A DNA stretch of 64,000 bases, from contig JBNRSN020000031.1 of NCBI GenBank assembly GCA_051313645.2, positions 5,642,001 to 5,706,000 of the forward strand, in the 5' to 3' direction. The translations under genes were made by a program, and so were the position numbers. Position 1 is the stretch's first letter; each line of letters opens with the position of its first letter. Source of the DNA: Centroscyllium fabricii. Its lineage: Eukaryota. Under the pieces are notes generated by a model that did not search any database, was not told where the DNA came from, and saw only the letters and a list, made by a program, of their open reading frames with translations. Shown here in pieces: positions 1 through 13,325 of the stretch.

Positions 1-999
1 GACTACCTATTATATTCACGTAATCACATGCTGAGATATCATTGGCCCACAGGCATCTGTAAGGATTACCTATTATATTCACGTAATCACATGACGAGTT
101 ATCATTGGCCCACAGGAATCTGTAAGGACTACCTATTATATTCCCGTAATAATATGCTGAGTTATCATTGGCCCACAGGCAGCTGTAAGGACTACCTATT
201 ATATTCACGTAATCAAATGCTGAGTTATCATTGGCCCACAGGCATCTGTAAGGTCTACCTATTATATTCAGGTAATCACATGCTGAATTATCATTGGCCC
301 ACAGGCATCTGTAAGGACTACCTATTATATTCACGTAATCACATGCTGAGTTATCATTGGCCCACAGGCATCTGTAAGGACTACCTGTTATATTCACGTA
401 ATCACATGCTGAGTTCTCATTGGCCCACAGGCATCTGTAAGGACTACCTTACATATTCACGTAATCACATGCTGAATTACCATTGGCCCACAGGCATCTG
501 TAAGGACCACCTATTATATTCACGTAATCACATGCTGAGTTATCATTGGACCACAGGCATCTGTAAGGACTACCTATTATATTCACGTAATTACATGCTC
601 AGATATCATTGGCCCACAGGCATCTGTAAGGACTACCTATTATATTCACGTAATCTCATGCTGAATTATCATTGGCCCACAGGCATCTGTAAGGACTACC
701 TATTATATTCACGTAATCACATGCTGAGTTATCATTGGCCCGCAGGCATCTGTAAGGACTACCAATTATATTCACGTGATCACAGGCTGAGTTATCATTG
801 ACCCACAGGCATCTGTAAGGACTACTATTGTAATCACGTAACCAAATGCTGAGTTATCATTGGCCCACAGGCATCTGTAAGGACTACTATTATATTCACG
901 TAATCAAATGCTGAGTTATCATTGGCCCGCAGGCATCTGTAAGGACTACCTATTATATTCACGTAATCACATGCTGAGTTATCATTGGCCCGCAGGCAT

Positions 1000-3900
1000 C
1001 TCTAAGGACTACCAATTATATTCATGTGATCACATGCTGATTTATCATTGGCCCACAGGCATCTGTAAGGACTACTATTATATTCACGTAATCACATGCT
1101 GAGTTATCATTGGCCCACTGGCGTCTGTCAGGACTACTATTGTATTCATGTAATCGAATGCTGAGTTATCATTGGCCCACAGGCATCTGTAAGGATTACT
1201 ATTGTATTCACGTAATCACATGCTGAGTTATCATTGGCCCGCAGGCATCTGTAAGGACTACCTATTATATTCACGTAATCACATGCTGAGTTATCATTGG
1301 CCCACAGGCATCTGTAAGGACTACCTATTATATTCACGTAATCACATGCTGAGTTATCATTGGCCCACAGGCATCTGTAAGGATTACCTATTATATTCAC
1401 GTAATCACATGCTGAAATATCATTGGCCCACAGGCAGTTGTAAGGACTACCTATTATATTCACGTAATCATATGCTGAGTTATCATTGGCCCACTGGCAT
1501 CTGTAAGGACTACAATTGTATTCACGTAATCAAATGCTGAGTTATCATTGGTCCACTGGCATCTGTAAGGACTACTGTTGTATTCACGTAATCACATGCT
1601 GAGTTATCATTGGCCCGCAGGCATCTGTAAGGACTACCTATTATATTCACGTAATCACATGCTGAGTTATCATTGGCCCAAAGGCATCTGTAAGGACTAC
1701 TATTATATTCACGTAATCATATGCTGAGTTATCATTGGCCCACAGGCATCTGTAAGGGCTACCTATTATATTCACGTAATCACATGATGAGTTATCATTG
1801 GCCCACAGGCATCTGTAAGGACTACCTATTATATTCAAATAATAATATGCTGATTTATCATTGGCCCACAGGCAACTGTAAGGACTACCTATTATATTCA
1901 CGTAATCAAATGGTGAGTTATCATTGGCAAACAGGCATCTGTAAGGACTACCTATTATATTCAGGTAATAACATGCTGAATTATCATTGGCCCACAGGCA
2001 TTTGTAAGGAATACCTATTATATTCACGTAATCACATGCTGAGTTATCATTGGCCCACAGGCATCTGTAAGGACTAATTTTATATTCACGTAATCACATG
2101 CTGAATTATCATTGGCCCACAGGCATCTGTAAGGACTACCTATTATATTCACGTAATCACATGCTGAGTTATGATTGGCCCACAGGCATCTGTAAGGACT
2201 ACCTATTGTATTCACGTAATCACATGCTGAGATATCATTGGCCCACAGGCAACTGTAAGGACTACCTATTATATTCACGTAATCACATGCTAAATTATCA
2301 TTGGCCCACAGGCATCTGTAAGGACTACCTATTATATTCACGTAATCACATGCTGAATTATCATTGTCCCACAGGCATCTGGAAGGACTACCTATTATAT
2401 TCACGTAATCACATGCTGAGTTATCATTGGCCCACAGGCATATGTAAGGACCACCTACTATATTCACGTAATCACATGCTGAATTATCTTTGGCCCACAG
2501 GCATTTGTAAGGACTACCTATTATATTCACGTAACCACATGCTGAGTTATCATTGGCCCACTGGCATCTGTAAGGATTACTATTGTATTCACGTAATCAA
2601 TTGCTGAGTTATCATTGGCCCACAGGCATCTGTAAGGACTACTATTGAATTCACGTAATCACATGCTGAGTTATCATTGGCCCGCAGGCATCTGTAAGGA
2701 CTACCTATTATATTCACGTAATCACATGCTGAGTTATCATTGGCCCACAGGCATCTGTAAGGACTACTATTATATTCACGTAATCATATGCTGAGTAATC
2801 ATTGGCCCACAGGCATCTGTAAGGACTACCTATTATATTCACGTAATCCCATGCTGAGTTATCATTGGCCCACAGGCATCTGTAAGGACTACCTATTATA
2901 TTCAGGTAATCAAATGCTGAGTTATCATTGGCCCACAGGCATCTGTAAGGACTACCTATTATATTCACGTAATCACATGCTGAGTTATCATTGGCCCACA
3001 GGCATCTGTACGGACTACCTATTATATTCACGTAATCACATGATGAGTTATCATTGGCCCACAGGCATTTGTAAGGAATACCTATTATATTCACGTAATC
3101 ACATGCTGAGTTATCATTGTCCCACAGGCATCTGTAAGGACTAATTTTATATTCACGTAATCAAATGCTGAATTATCATTGGCCCATAGGCATCTGTAAG
3201 GACTACCTATTATATTCACGTAATCACATGCTGAGTTATGATTGGCACACAGGCATCTGTAAGGACTACCTATTATATTCACGTAATCACATGCTGAGAT
3301 ATCATTGGCCCACAGGCATCTGTAAGGACTACCTATTATATTCACGTAATCACATGCTAAATTATCATTGGCCCACAGGCATCTGTAAGGACTACCTATT
3401 ATATTCACGTAATCACATGCTGAATTGTCATTGGCCCACAGGCATCTGGAAGGACTACCTATTATATTCACGTAATCACATGCTGAGTTATCATTGGCCC
3501 ACAGGCATCTGTAAGGACCACCTATTATATTCACGTAATCACATGCTGAATTATCATTGTCCCACAGGCATCTGTAAGGACTACCTATTATATTCACGTA
3601 ATCACAAGCTGAGATATCATTGGCCCACAGGCATCTGTAAGGACTACCTATTATATTCACGTAATCACATGCTAAGTAATCATTGGCCCACAGGCATCTG
3701 TAAGGACGACCTATTATATTCACATAATAACATGCTGAATTATCATTGGCCCACAGCCATCTGTAAGGACTACCTATTATATTCACATAATCAGATGCTG
3801 AGTTATCATTGGCCCGCAGGCATCTGTAAGGACTACCAATTATATTCACGTGATCACATGCTGAGTTATCATTGGCCCACAGGAATCTGTAAGGACTACT

Positions 3901-6270
3901 ATTATATTCACGTAATCACATGCTGAGTTATCATTGGTCCAATGGCATCTGTAAGGACTACTATTGTATTCATGTAATCGAATGCTGAGTTATCATTGGA
4001 CCACAGGCATCTGTAAGGATTACTATTGTATTCACGTAATCAAATGCTGAGTTATCATTGGCCCACAGGCATCTGTAAGGACTACTATTGTATTCACGTA
4101 ATCACATGCTGAGTTATCATTGGCCCGCAGGCATCTGTAAGGACTACCTATTATATTCACGTAATCACATGCTGAATTATCATTGGCCCACAGGCATCTG
4201 GAAGGACTACCTATTATATTCACGTAATCACATGCTGAGTTATCATTGGCCCACAGGCATCTGTAAGGACCACCTACTATATTCACGTAATCACATGCTG
4301 AATTATCTTTGGCCCACAGGCATTTGTAAGGACTACCTATTATATTCACGTAAACACATGCTGAGTTATCATTGGCCCACTGGCATCTGTAAGGATTACT
4401 ATTGTATTCACGTAATCAAATGCTGAGTTATCATTGGCCCACAGGCATCTGTAAGGACTACTATTGTATTCACGTAATCACATGCTGAGTTATCATTGGC
4501 CCGCAGGCATCTGTAAGGACTACCTATTATATTCACGTAATCACATGCTGAGTTATCATTGGCCCACAGGCATCTGTAAGGACTACTATTATATTCACGT
4601 AATCATATGCTGAGTTATCATTGGCCCACAGGCATCTGTAAGGACTACCTATTATATTCACGTAATCACATGCTGAGTTATCATTGGCCCACAGCCATCT
4701 GTAAGGACTACCTATTATATTCAGGTAATCACATGCTGAGTTATCATTGGCCCACAGGCATCTGTAAGGACTACCTATTATATTCACGTAATCACATGCT
4801 GAATTATCATTGGCCCACAGGCATTTGTAAGGACTACCTATTATATTCACGTAATGACATGCTGAGTTATCATTGGCCCACAGGCATCTGTACGGACTAC
4901 CTATTATATTCACGTAATCACATGATGAGTTATCATTGGCCCACAGGCATTTGTAAGGAATACCTATTATATTCACGTAATCACATGCTGAGTTATCATA
5001 GTCCCACAGGCATCTGTAAGGACTAATTTTATATTCACGTAATCACATGCTGAATTATCATTGGCCCATAGGCATCTGGAAGGACTACCTATTATATTCA
5101 CGTAATCACATGCTGAGTTATGATTGGCACACAGGCATCTGTAAGGACTACCTATTATATTCACGTAATCACATGCTGAGATATCATTGGCCCACAGGCA
5201 TCTGTAAGGGCTACCTATTATATTCACGTAATCACATGCTAAATTATCATTGGCCCACAGGCATCTGTAAGGACTACCTATTATATTCACGTAATCACAT
5301 GCTGAATTGTCATTGGCCCACAGGCATCTGGAAGGACTACCTATTAAATTCACGTAATCACATGCTGAGTTATCATTGGCCCACAGGCATCTGTAAGGAC
5401 CACCTATTATATTCACGTAATCACATGCTGAATTATCATTGGCCCACAGGCATCTGTAAGGACTACCTATTATATTCACGTAACCACATGCTGAGTTATC
5501 ATTGGCCCACAGGCATCTGTAAGGACTACCTATTATATTCACGTAATCACATGCCGAGTTATCATTGGCCCACAGGCATCTGTAAGGACTACCTATTATA
5601 TTCACGTAATCACAAGCTGAGATATCATTGGCCAACAGGCATCTGTAAGGACTACCTATTATATTCACGTAATCACATGCTAAGTAATCATTGGCCCACA
5701 GGCATCTGTAAGGACTACCTATTATATTCACATAATCACATGCTGAATTATCATTGGCCCACAGCCATCTGTAAGGACTACCTATTATATTCACGTAATC
5801 AGATGCTGAGTTATCATTGGCCCGCAGGCATCTGTACGGACTACCAATTATATTCACGTGATCACATGCTGAGTTATCATTGGCCCACAGGAATCTGTAA
5901 GGACTACTATTATATTCACGTAATCACATGCTGAGTTATCATTGGCCCAATGGCATCTGTAAGGACTACTATTGTATTCATGTAATCGAATGCTGAGTTA
6001 TCATTGGACCACAGGCATCTGTAAGGACTACTATTGTATTCACGTAATCACATGCTGAGTTATCATTGGCCCACAGTCATCTATAAGGACTACTATTATA
6101 TTTACGTAATCATATGCTGAGTTATCATTGGCCCACAGGCATCTGTAAGGACTACCTATTATATTAACGTAATCACATGCTGTGTTATCATTGGCCCACA
6201 GGCATCTGTAAGGACTACCTATTATGATCACATAATCACATGCTGAGTTATCATTGGCCCACAGGCATCT
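1000..6270. repeat. ~5.27-kb higher-order block (about 84 monomers), re-copied at ~10220-16690
   Basis: The rare marker run TTCATGTGATCACATGCTGATTT...GGCGTCTGTCAGG occurs at ~1021, ~6290 (+5269) and ~10242 (+9221). Matching variant strings in the ORF track: 1202/10423 and 1647/10868 (+9221); 3165/13577, 4088/14500, 4607/15019, 5047/15459 and 6040/16452 (all +10412). Confidence 0.9.
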
Positions 6271-9200
6271 GTAAGGACTACCAATTATATTCATGTGATC
6301 ACATGCTGATTTATCATTGGCCCACAGGCATCTGTAAGGACTACTATTATATTCACGTAATCACATGCTGAGTTATCATTGACCCACTGGCGTCTGTCAG
6401 GACTACTATTGTATTCATGTAATCGAATGCTGAGTTATCATTGGCCCACAGGCATCTGTAAGGACTACTATTGTATTCACGTAATCACATGCTGAGTTAT
6501 CATTGGCCCGCAGGCATCCGTAAGGACTACCTATTATATTCACGTAATCACATGCTGAGTTATCATTGGCCCACAGGCATCTGTAAGGAATACCTATTAT
6601 ATTCACGTAATCACATGCTGAGTTATCAGAGTCCCACAGGCATCTGTAAGGACTAATTTTATATTCACGTAATCACATGCTGAATTATCATTGGCCCATA
6701 GGCATCTGGAAGGACTACCTATTATATTCACGTAATCACATGCTGAGTTATGATTGGCACACAGGCATCTGTAAGGACTACCTATTATATTCACGTAATC
6801 ACATGCTGAGATATCATTGGCCCACAGGCATCTGTAAGGGCTACCTATTATATTCACGTAATCACATGCTAAATTATCATTGGCCCACAGGCATCTGTAA
6901 GGACTACCTATTATATTCACGTAATCACATGCTGAATTGTCATTGGCCCACAGGCATCTGGAAGGACTACCTATTAAATTCACGTAATCACATGCTGAGT
7001 TATCATTGGCCCACAGGCATCTGTAAGGACCACCTATTATATTCACGTAATCACATGCTGAATTATCATTGGCCCACAGGCATCTGTAAGGACTACCTAT
7101 TATATTCACGTAACCACATGCTGAGTTATCATTGGCCCACAGGCATCTGTAAGGACTACCTATTATATTCACGTAATCACATGCTGAGTTATCATTGGCC
7201 CGCAGGCATCCGTAAGGACTACCTATTATATTCACGTAATCACATGCTGAGTTATCATTGGCCCACAGGCATCTGTAAGGAATACCTATTATATTCACGT
7301 AATCACATGCTGAGTTATCATAGTCCCACAGGCATCTGTAAGGACTAATTTTATATTCACATAATCACATGCTGAATTATCATTGGCCCATAGGCATCTG
7401 GAAGGACTACCTATTATATTCACGTAATCACATGCTGAGTTATGATTGGCACACAGGCATCTGTAAGGACTACCTATTATATTCACGTAATCACATGCTG
7501 AGATATCATTGGCCCACAGGCATCTGTAAGGGCTACCTATTATATTCACGTAATCACATGCTAAATTATCATTGGCCCACAGGCATCTGTAAGGACTACC
7601 TATTATATTCACGTAATTACATGCTGAATTGTCATTGGCCCACAGGCATCTGGAAGGACTACCTATTAAATTCACGTAATCACATGCTGAGTTATCATTG
7701 GCCCACAGGCATCTGTAAGGACCACCTATTATATTCACGTAATCACATGCTGAATTATCATTGGCCCACAGGCATCTGTAAGGACTACCTATTATATTCA
7801 CGTAACCACATGCTGAGTTATCATTGGCCCACAGGCATCTGTAAGGACTACCTATTATATTCACGTAATCACATGCCGAGTTATCATTGGCCCACAGGCA
7901 TCTGTAAGGACTACCTATTATATTCACGTAATCACAAGCTGAGATATCATTGGCCAACAGGCATCTGTAAGGACTACCTATTATATTCACGTAATCACAT
8001 GCTAAGTAATCATTGGCCCACAGGCATCTGTAAGGACTACCTATTATATTCACATAATCACATGCTGAATTATCATTGGCCCACAGCCATCTGTAAGGAC
8101 TACCTATTATATTCACGTAATCAGATGCTGAGTTATCATTGGCCCGCAGGCATCTGTACGGACTACCAATTATATTCACGTGATCACATGCTGAGTTATC
8201 ATTGGCCCACAGGAATCTGTAAGGACTACTATTATATTCACGTAATCACATGCTGAGTTATCATTGGCCCAATGGCATCTGTAAGGACTACTATTGTATT
8301 CATGTAATCGAATGCTGAGTTATCATTGGACCACAGGCATCTGTAAGGACTACTATTGTATTCACGTAATCACATGCTGAGTTATCATTGGCCCACAGTC
8401 ATCTATAAGGACTACTATTATATTTACGTAATCATATGCTGAGTTATCATTGGCCCACAGGCATCTGTAAGGACTACCTATTATATTAACGTAATCACAT
8501 GCTGTTTTATCATTGGCCCACAGGCATCTGTAAGGACTACCTATTATGATCACATAATCACATGCTGAGTTATCATTGGCCCACAGGCATCTGTAAGGAC
8601 TACCAATTATATTCATGTGATCACATGCTGATTTATCATTGGCCCACAGGCATCTGTAAGGACTACTATTATATTCACGTAATCACATGCTGAGTTATCA
8701 TTGACCCACTGGCGTCTGTCAGGACTACTATTGTATTCATGTAATCGAATGCTGAGTTATCATTGGCCCACAGGCATCTGTAAGGACTACTATTGTATTC
8801 ACGTAATCACATGCTGAGTTATCATTGGCCCGCAGGCATCCGTAAGGACTACCTATTATATTCACGTAATCACATGCTGAGTTATCATTGGCCCACAGGC
8901 ATCTGTAAGGAATACCTATTATATTCACGTAATCACATGCTGAGTTATCATAGTCCCACAGGCATCTGTAAGGACTAATTTTATATTCACGTAATCACAT
9001 GCTGAATTATCATTGGCCCATAGGCATCTGGAAGGACTACCTATTATATTCACGTAATCACATGCTGAGTTATGATTGGCACACAGGCATCTGTAAGGAC
9101 TACCTATTATATTCACGTAATCACATGCTGAGATATCATTGGCCCACAGGCATCTGTAAGGGCTACCTATTATATTCACGTAATCACATGCTAAATTATC

Positions 9201-10530
9201 ATTGGCCCACAGGCATCTGTAAGGACTACCTATTATATTCACGTAATCACATGCTGAATTGTCATTGGCCCACAGGCATCTGGAAGGACTACCTATTAAA
9301 TTCACGTAATCACATGCTGAGTTATCATTGGCCCACAGGCATCTGTAAGGACCACCTATTATATTCACGTAATCACATGCTGAATTATCATTGGCCCACA
9401 GGCATCTGTATGGACTACCTATTATATTCACGTAACCACATGCTGAGTTATCATTGGCCCACAGGCATCTGTAAGGACTACCTATTATATTCACGTAATC
9501 ACATGCCGAGTTATCATTGGCCCACAGGCATCTGTAAGGACTACCTATTATATTCACGTAATCACAAGCTGAGATATCATTGGCCAACAGGCATCTGTAA
9601 GGACTACCTATTATATTCACGTAATCACATGCTAAGTAATCATTGGCCCACAGGCATCTGTAAGGACTACCTATTATATTCACATAATCACATGCTGAAT
9701 TATCATTGGCCCACAGCCATCTGTAAGGACTACCTATTATATTCACGTAATCAGATGCTGAGTTATCATTGGCCCGCAGGCATCTGTACGGACTACCAAT
9801 TATATTCACGTGATCACATGCTGAGTTATCATTGGCCCACAGGAATCTGTAAGGACTACTATTATATTCACGTAATCACATGCTGAGTTATCATTGGCCC
9901 AATGGCATCTGTAAGGACTACTATTGTATTCATGTAATCGAATGCTGAGTTATCATTGGACCACAGGCATCTGTAAGGACTACTATTGTATTCACGTAAT
10001 CACATGCTGAGTTATCATTGGCCCACAGTCATCTATAAGGACTACTATTATATTTACGTAATCATATGCTGAGTTATCATTGGCCCACAGGCATCTGTAA
10101 GGACTACCTATTATATTAACGTAATCACATGCTGTGTTATCATTGGCCCACAGGCATCTGTAAGGACTACCTATTATGATCACATAATCACATGCTGAGT
10201 TATCATTGGCCCACAGGCATCTGTAAGGACTACCAATTATATTCATGTGATCACATGCTGATTTATCATTGGCCCACAGGCATCTGTAAGGACTACTATT
10301 ATATTCACGTAATCACATGCTGAGTTATCATTGACCCACTGGCGTCTGTCAGGACTACTATTGTATTCATGTAATCGAATGCTGAGTTATCATTGGCCCA
10401 CAGGCATCTGTAAGGACTACTATTGTATTCACGTAATCACATGCTGAGTTTTCATTGGCCCGCAGGCATCCGTAAGGACTACCTATTATATTCACGTAAT
10501 CACATGCTGAGTTATCATTGGCCCACAGGC
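5047..10530. repeat. 1630-bp (26-monomer) higher-order repeat: copies at 5047-6676, 7369-8998 and 8999-~10530, with an internally deleted 692-bp (11-monomer) copy at 6677-7368
   Basis: The marker GGACTAATTTTAT ends ORFs at 5026, 6656, 7348 and 8978 (spacings 1630, 692, 1630). The 295-codon variant strings at 5047, 7369 and 8999 are near-identical. Private marker GGCATCCGTAAG occurs at ~6513, 7205, 8835 and 10465. Confidence 0.92.
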
Positions 10531-10941
10531 ATCTGTAAGGACTACCTATTATATTCACGTAATCACATGCTGAGTTATCATTGGCCCACAGGCATCTGTA
10601 AGGATTACCTATTATATTCACGTAATCACATGCTGAAATATCATTGGCCCACAGGCAGTTGTAAGGACTACCTATTATATTCACGTAATCATATGCTGAG
10701 TTATCATTGGCCCACTGGCATCTGTAAGGACTACAATTGTATTCACGTAATCAAATGCTGAGTTATCATTGGTCCACTGGCATCTGTAAGGACTACTGTT
10801 GTATTCACGTAATCACATGCTGAGTTATCATTGGCCCGCAGGCATCTGTAAGGACTACATATTATATTCACGTAATCACATGCTGAGTTATCATTGGCAC
10901 AAAGGCATCTGTAAGGACTACTATTATATTCACGTAATCAT

Positions 10942-13325
10942 ATGCTGAGTTATCATTGGCCCACAGGCATCTGTAAGGGCTACCTATTATATTCACGTAA
11001 TCACATGATGAGTTATCATTGGCCCACAGGCATCTGTAAGGACTACCTATTATATTCAAATAATAATATGCTGATTTATCATTGGCCCACAGGCAACTGT
11101 AAGGACTACCTATTATATTCACGTAATCAAATGGTGAGTTATCATTGGCAAACAGGCATCTGTAAGGACTACCTATTATATTCAGGTAATAACATGCTGA
11201 ATTATCATTGGCCCACAGGCATTTGTAAGGAATACCTATTATATTCACGTAATCACATGCTGAGTTATCATTGGCCCACAGGCATCTGTAGGACTAATTT
11301 TATATTCACGTAATCACATGCTGAATTATCATTGGCCCACAGGCATCTGTAAGGACTACCTATTATATTCACGTAATCACATGCTGAGTTATGATTGGCC
11401 CACAGGCATCTGTAAGGACTACCTATTGTATTCACGTAATCACATGCTGAGATATCATTGGGCCACAGGCAACTGTAAGGACTACCTATTATATTCACGT
11501 AATCACATGCTAAATTATCATTGGCCCACAGGCATCTGTAAGGACTACCTATTATATTCACGTAATCACATGCTGAATGATCATTGTCCCACAGGCATCT
11601 GGAAGGACTACCTATTATATTCACGTAATCACATGCTGAGTTATCATTGGCCCACAGGCATATGTAAGGACCACCTACTATATTCACGTAATCACATGCT
11701 GAATTATCTTTGGCCCACAGGCATTTGTAAGGACTACCTATTATATTCACGTAACCACATGCTGAGTTATCATTGGCCCACTGGCATCTGTAAGGATTAC
11801 TATTGTATTCACGTAATCAATTGCTGAGTTATCATTGGCCCACAGGCATCTGTAAGGACTACTATTGAATTCACGTAATCACATGCTGAGTTATCATTGG
11901 CCCGCAGGCATCTGTAAGGACTACCTATTATATTCACGTAATCACATGCTGAGTTATCATTGGCCCACAGGCATCTGTAAGGACTACTATTATATTCACG
12001 TAATCATATGCTGAGTAATCATTGGCCCACAGGCATCTGTAAGGACTAGCTATTATATTCACGTAATCCCATGCTGAGTTATCATTGGCCCACAGGCATC
12101 TGTAAGGACTACCTATTATATTCAGGTAATCAAATGCTGAGTTATCATTGGCCCACAGGCATCTGTAAGGGCTACCTATTATATTCACGTAATCACATGA
12201 TGAGTTATCATTGGCCCACAGGCATCTGTAAGGACTACCTATTATATTCAAATAATAATATGCTGATTTATCATTGGCCCACAGGCAACTGTAAGGACTA
12301 CCTATTATATTCACGTAATCAAATGGTGAGTTATCATTGGCAAACAGGCATCTGTAAGGACTACCTATTATATTCAGGTAATAACATGCTGAATTATCAT
12401 TGGCCCACAGGCATTTGTAAGGAATACCTATTATATTCACGTAATCACATGCTGAGTTATCATTGGCCCACAGGCATCTGTAGGACTAATTTTATATTCA
12501 CGTAATCACATGCTGAATTATCATTGGCCCACAGGCATCTGTAAGGACTACCTATTATATTCACGTAATCACATGCTGAGTTATGATTGGCCCACAGGCA
12601 TCTGTAAGGACTACCTATTGTATTCACGTAATCACATGCTGAGATATCATTGGCCCACAGGCAACTGTAAGGACTACCTATTATATTCACGTAATCACAT
12701 GCTAAATTATCATTGGCCCACAGGCATCTGTAAGGACTACCTATTATATTCACGTAATCACATGCTGAATTATCATTGTCCCACAGGCATCTGGAAGGAC
12801 TACCTATTATATTCACGTAATCACATGCTGAGTTATCATTGGCCCACAGGCATATGTAAGGACCACCTACTATATTCACGTAATCACATGCTGAATTATC
12901 TTTGGCCCACAGGCATTTGTAAGGACTACCTATTATATTCACGTAACCACATGCTGAGTTATCATTGGCCCACTGGCATCTGTAAGGATTACTATTGTAT
13001 TCACGTAATCAATTGCTGAGTTATCATTGGCCCACAGGCATCTGTAAGGACTACTATTGAATTCACGTAATCACATGCTGAGTTATCATTGGCCCGCAGG
13101 CATCTGTAAGGACTACCTATTATATTCACGTAATCACATGCTGAGTTATCATTGGCCCACAGGCATCTGTAAGGACTACTATTATATTCACGTAATCATA
13201 TGCTGAGTAATCATTGGCCCACAGGCATCTGTAAGGACTAGCTATTATATTCACGTAATCCCATGCTGAGTTATCATTGGCCCACAGGCATCTGTAAGGA
13301 CTACCTATTATATTCAGGTAATCAA
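10942..13325. repeat. Tandem duplication of a 1192-bp (19-monomer) block
   Basis: The private 1-bp deletion CTGTAGGACTAATTT occurs at ~11286 and ~12478, and the private GACTAGCTATT at ~12044 and ~13236. ORF pairs 11318/12510 and 11934/13126 differ by 1192. Confidence 0.92.

Noticed and set aside
1304-1315. Hairpin ACAG-GCAT-CTGT in each monomer as a structured RNA, terminator or cruciform
   Set aside because: It is only a 4-bp stem, expected by chance. It is broken by common variants (CTGG, TTGT, GCAG, ACTG) without compensatory changes.
1283-1345. CENP-B box, telomeric repeat, tRNA/5S/SL-RNA unit, or a 3x21-bp internal subrepeat
   Set aside because: There is no TTCG....A..CGGG motif, no G-rich telomeric unit, and no cloverleaf or pol III A/B boxes. 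The three 21-bp thirds do not align; only weak internal echoes exist (ATTCACGT/AATCACAT, CACATGC/CACAGGC).
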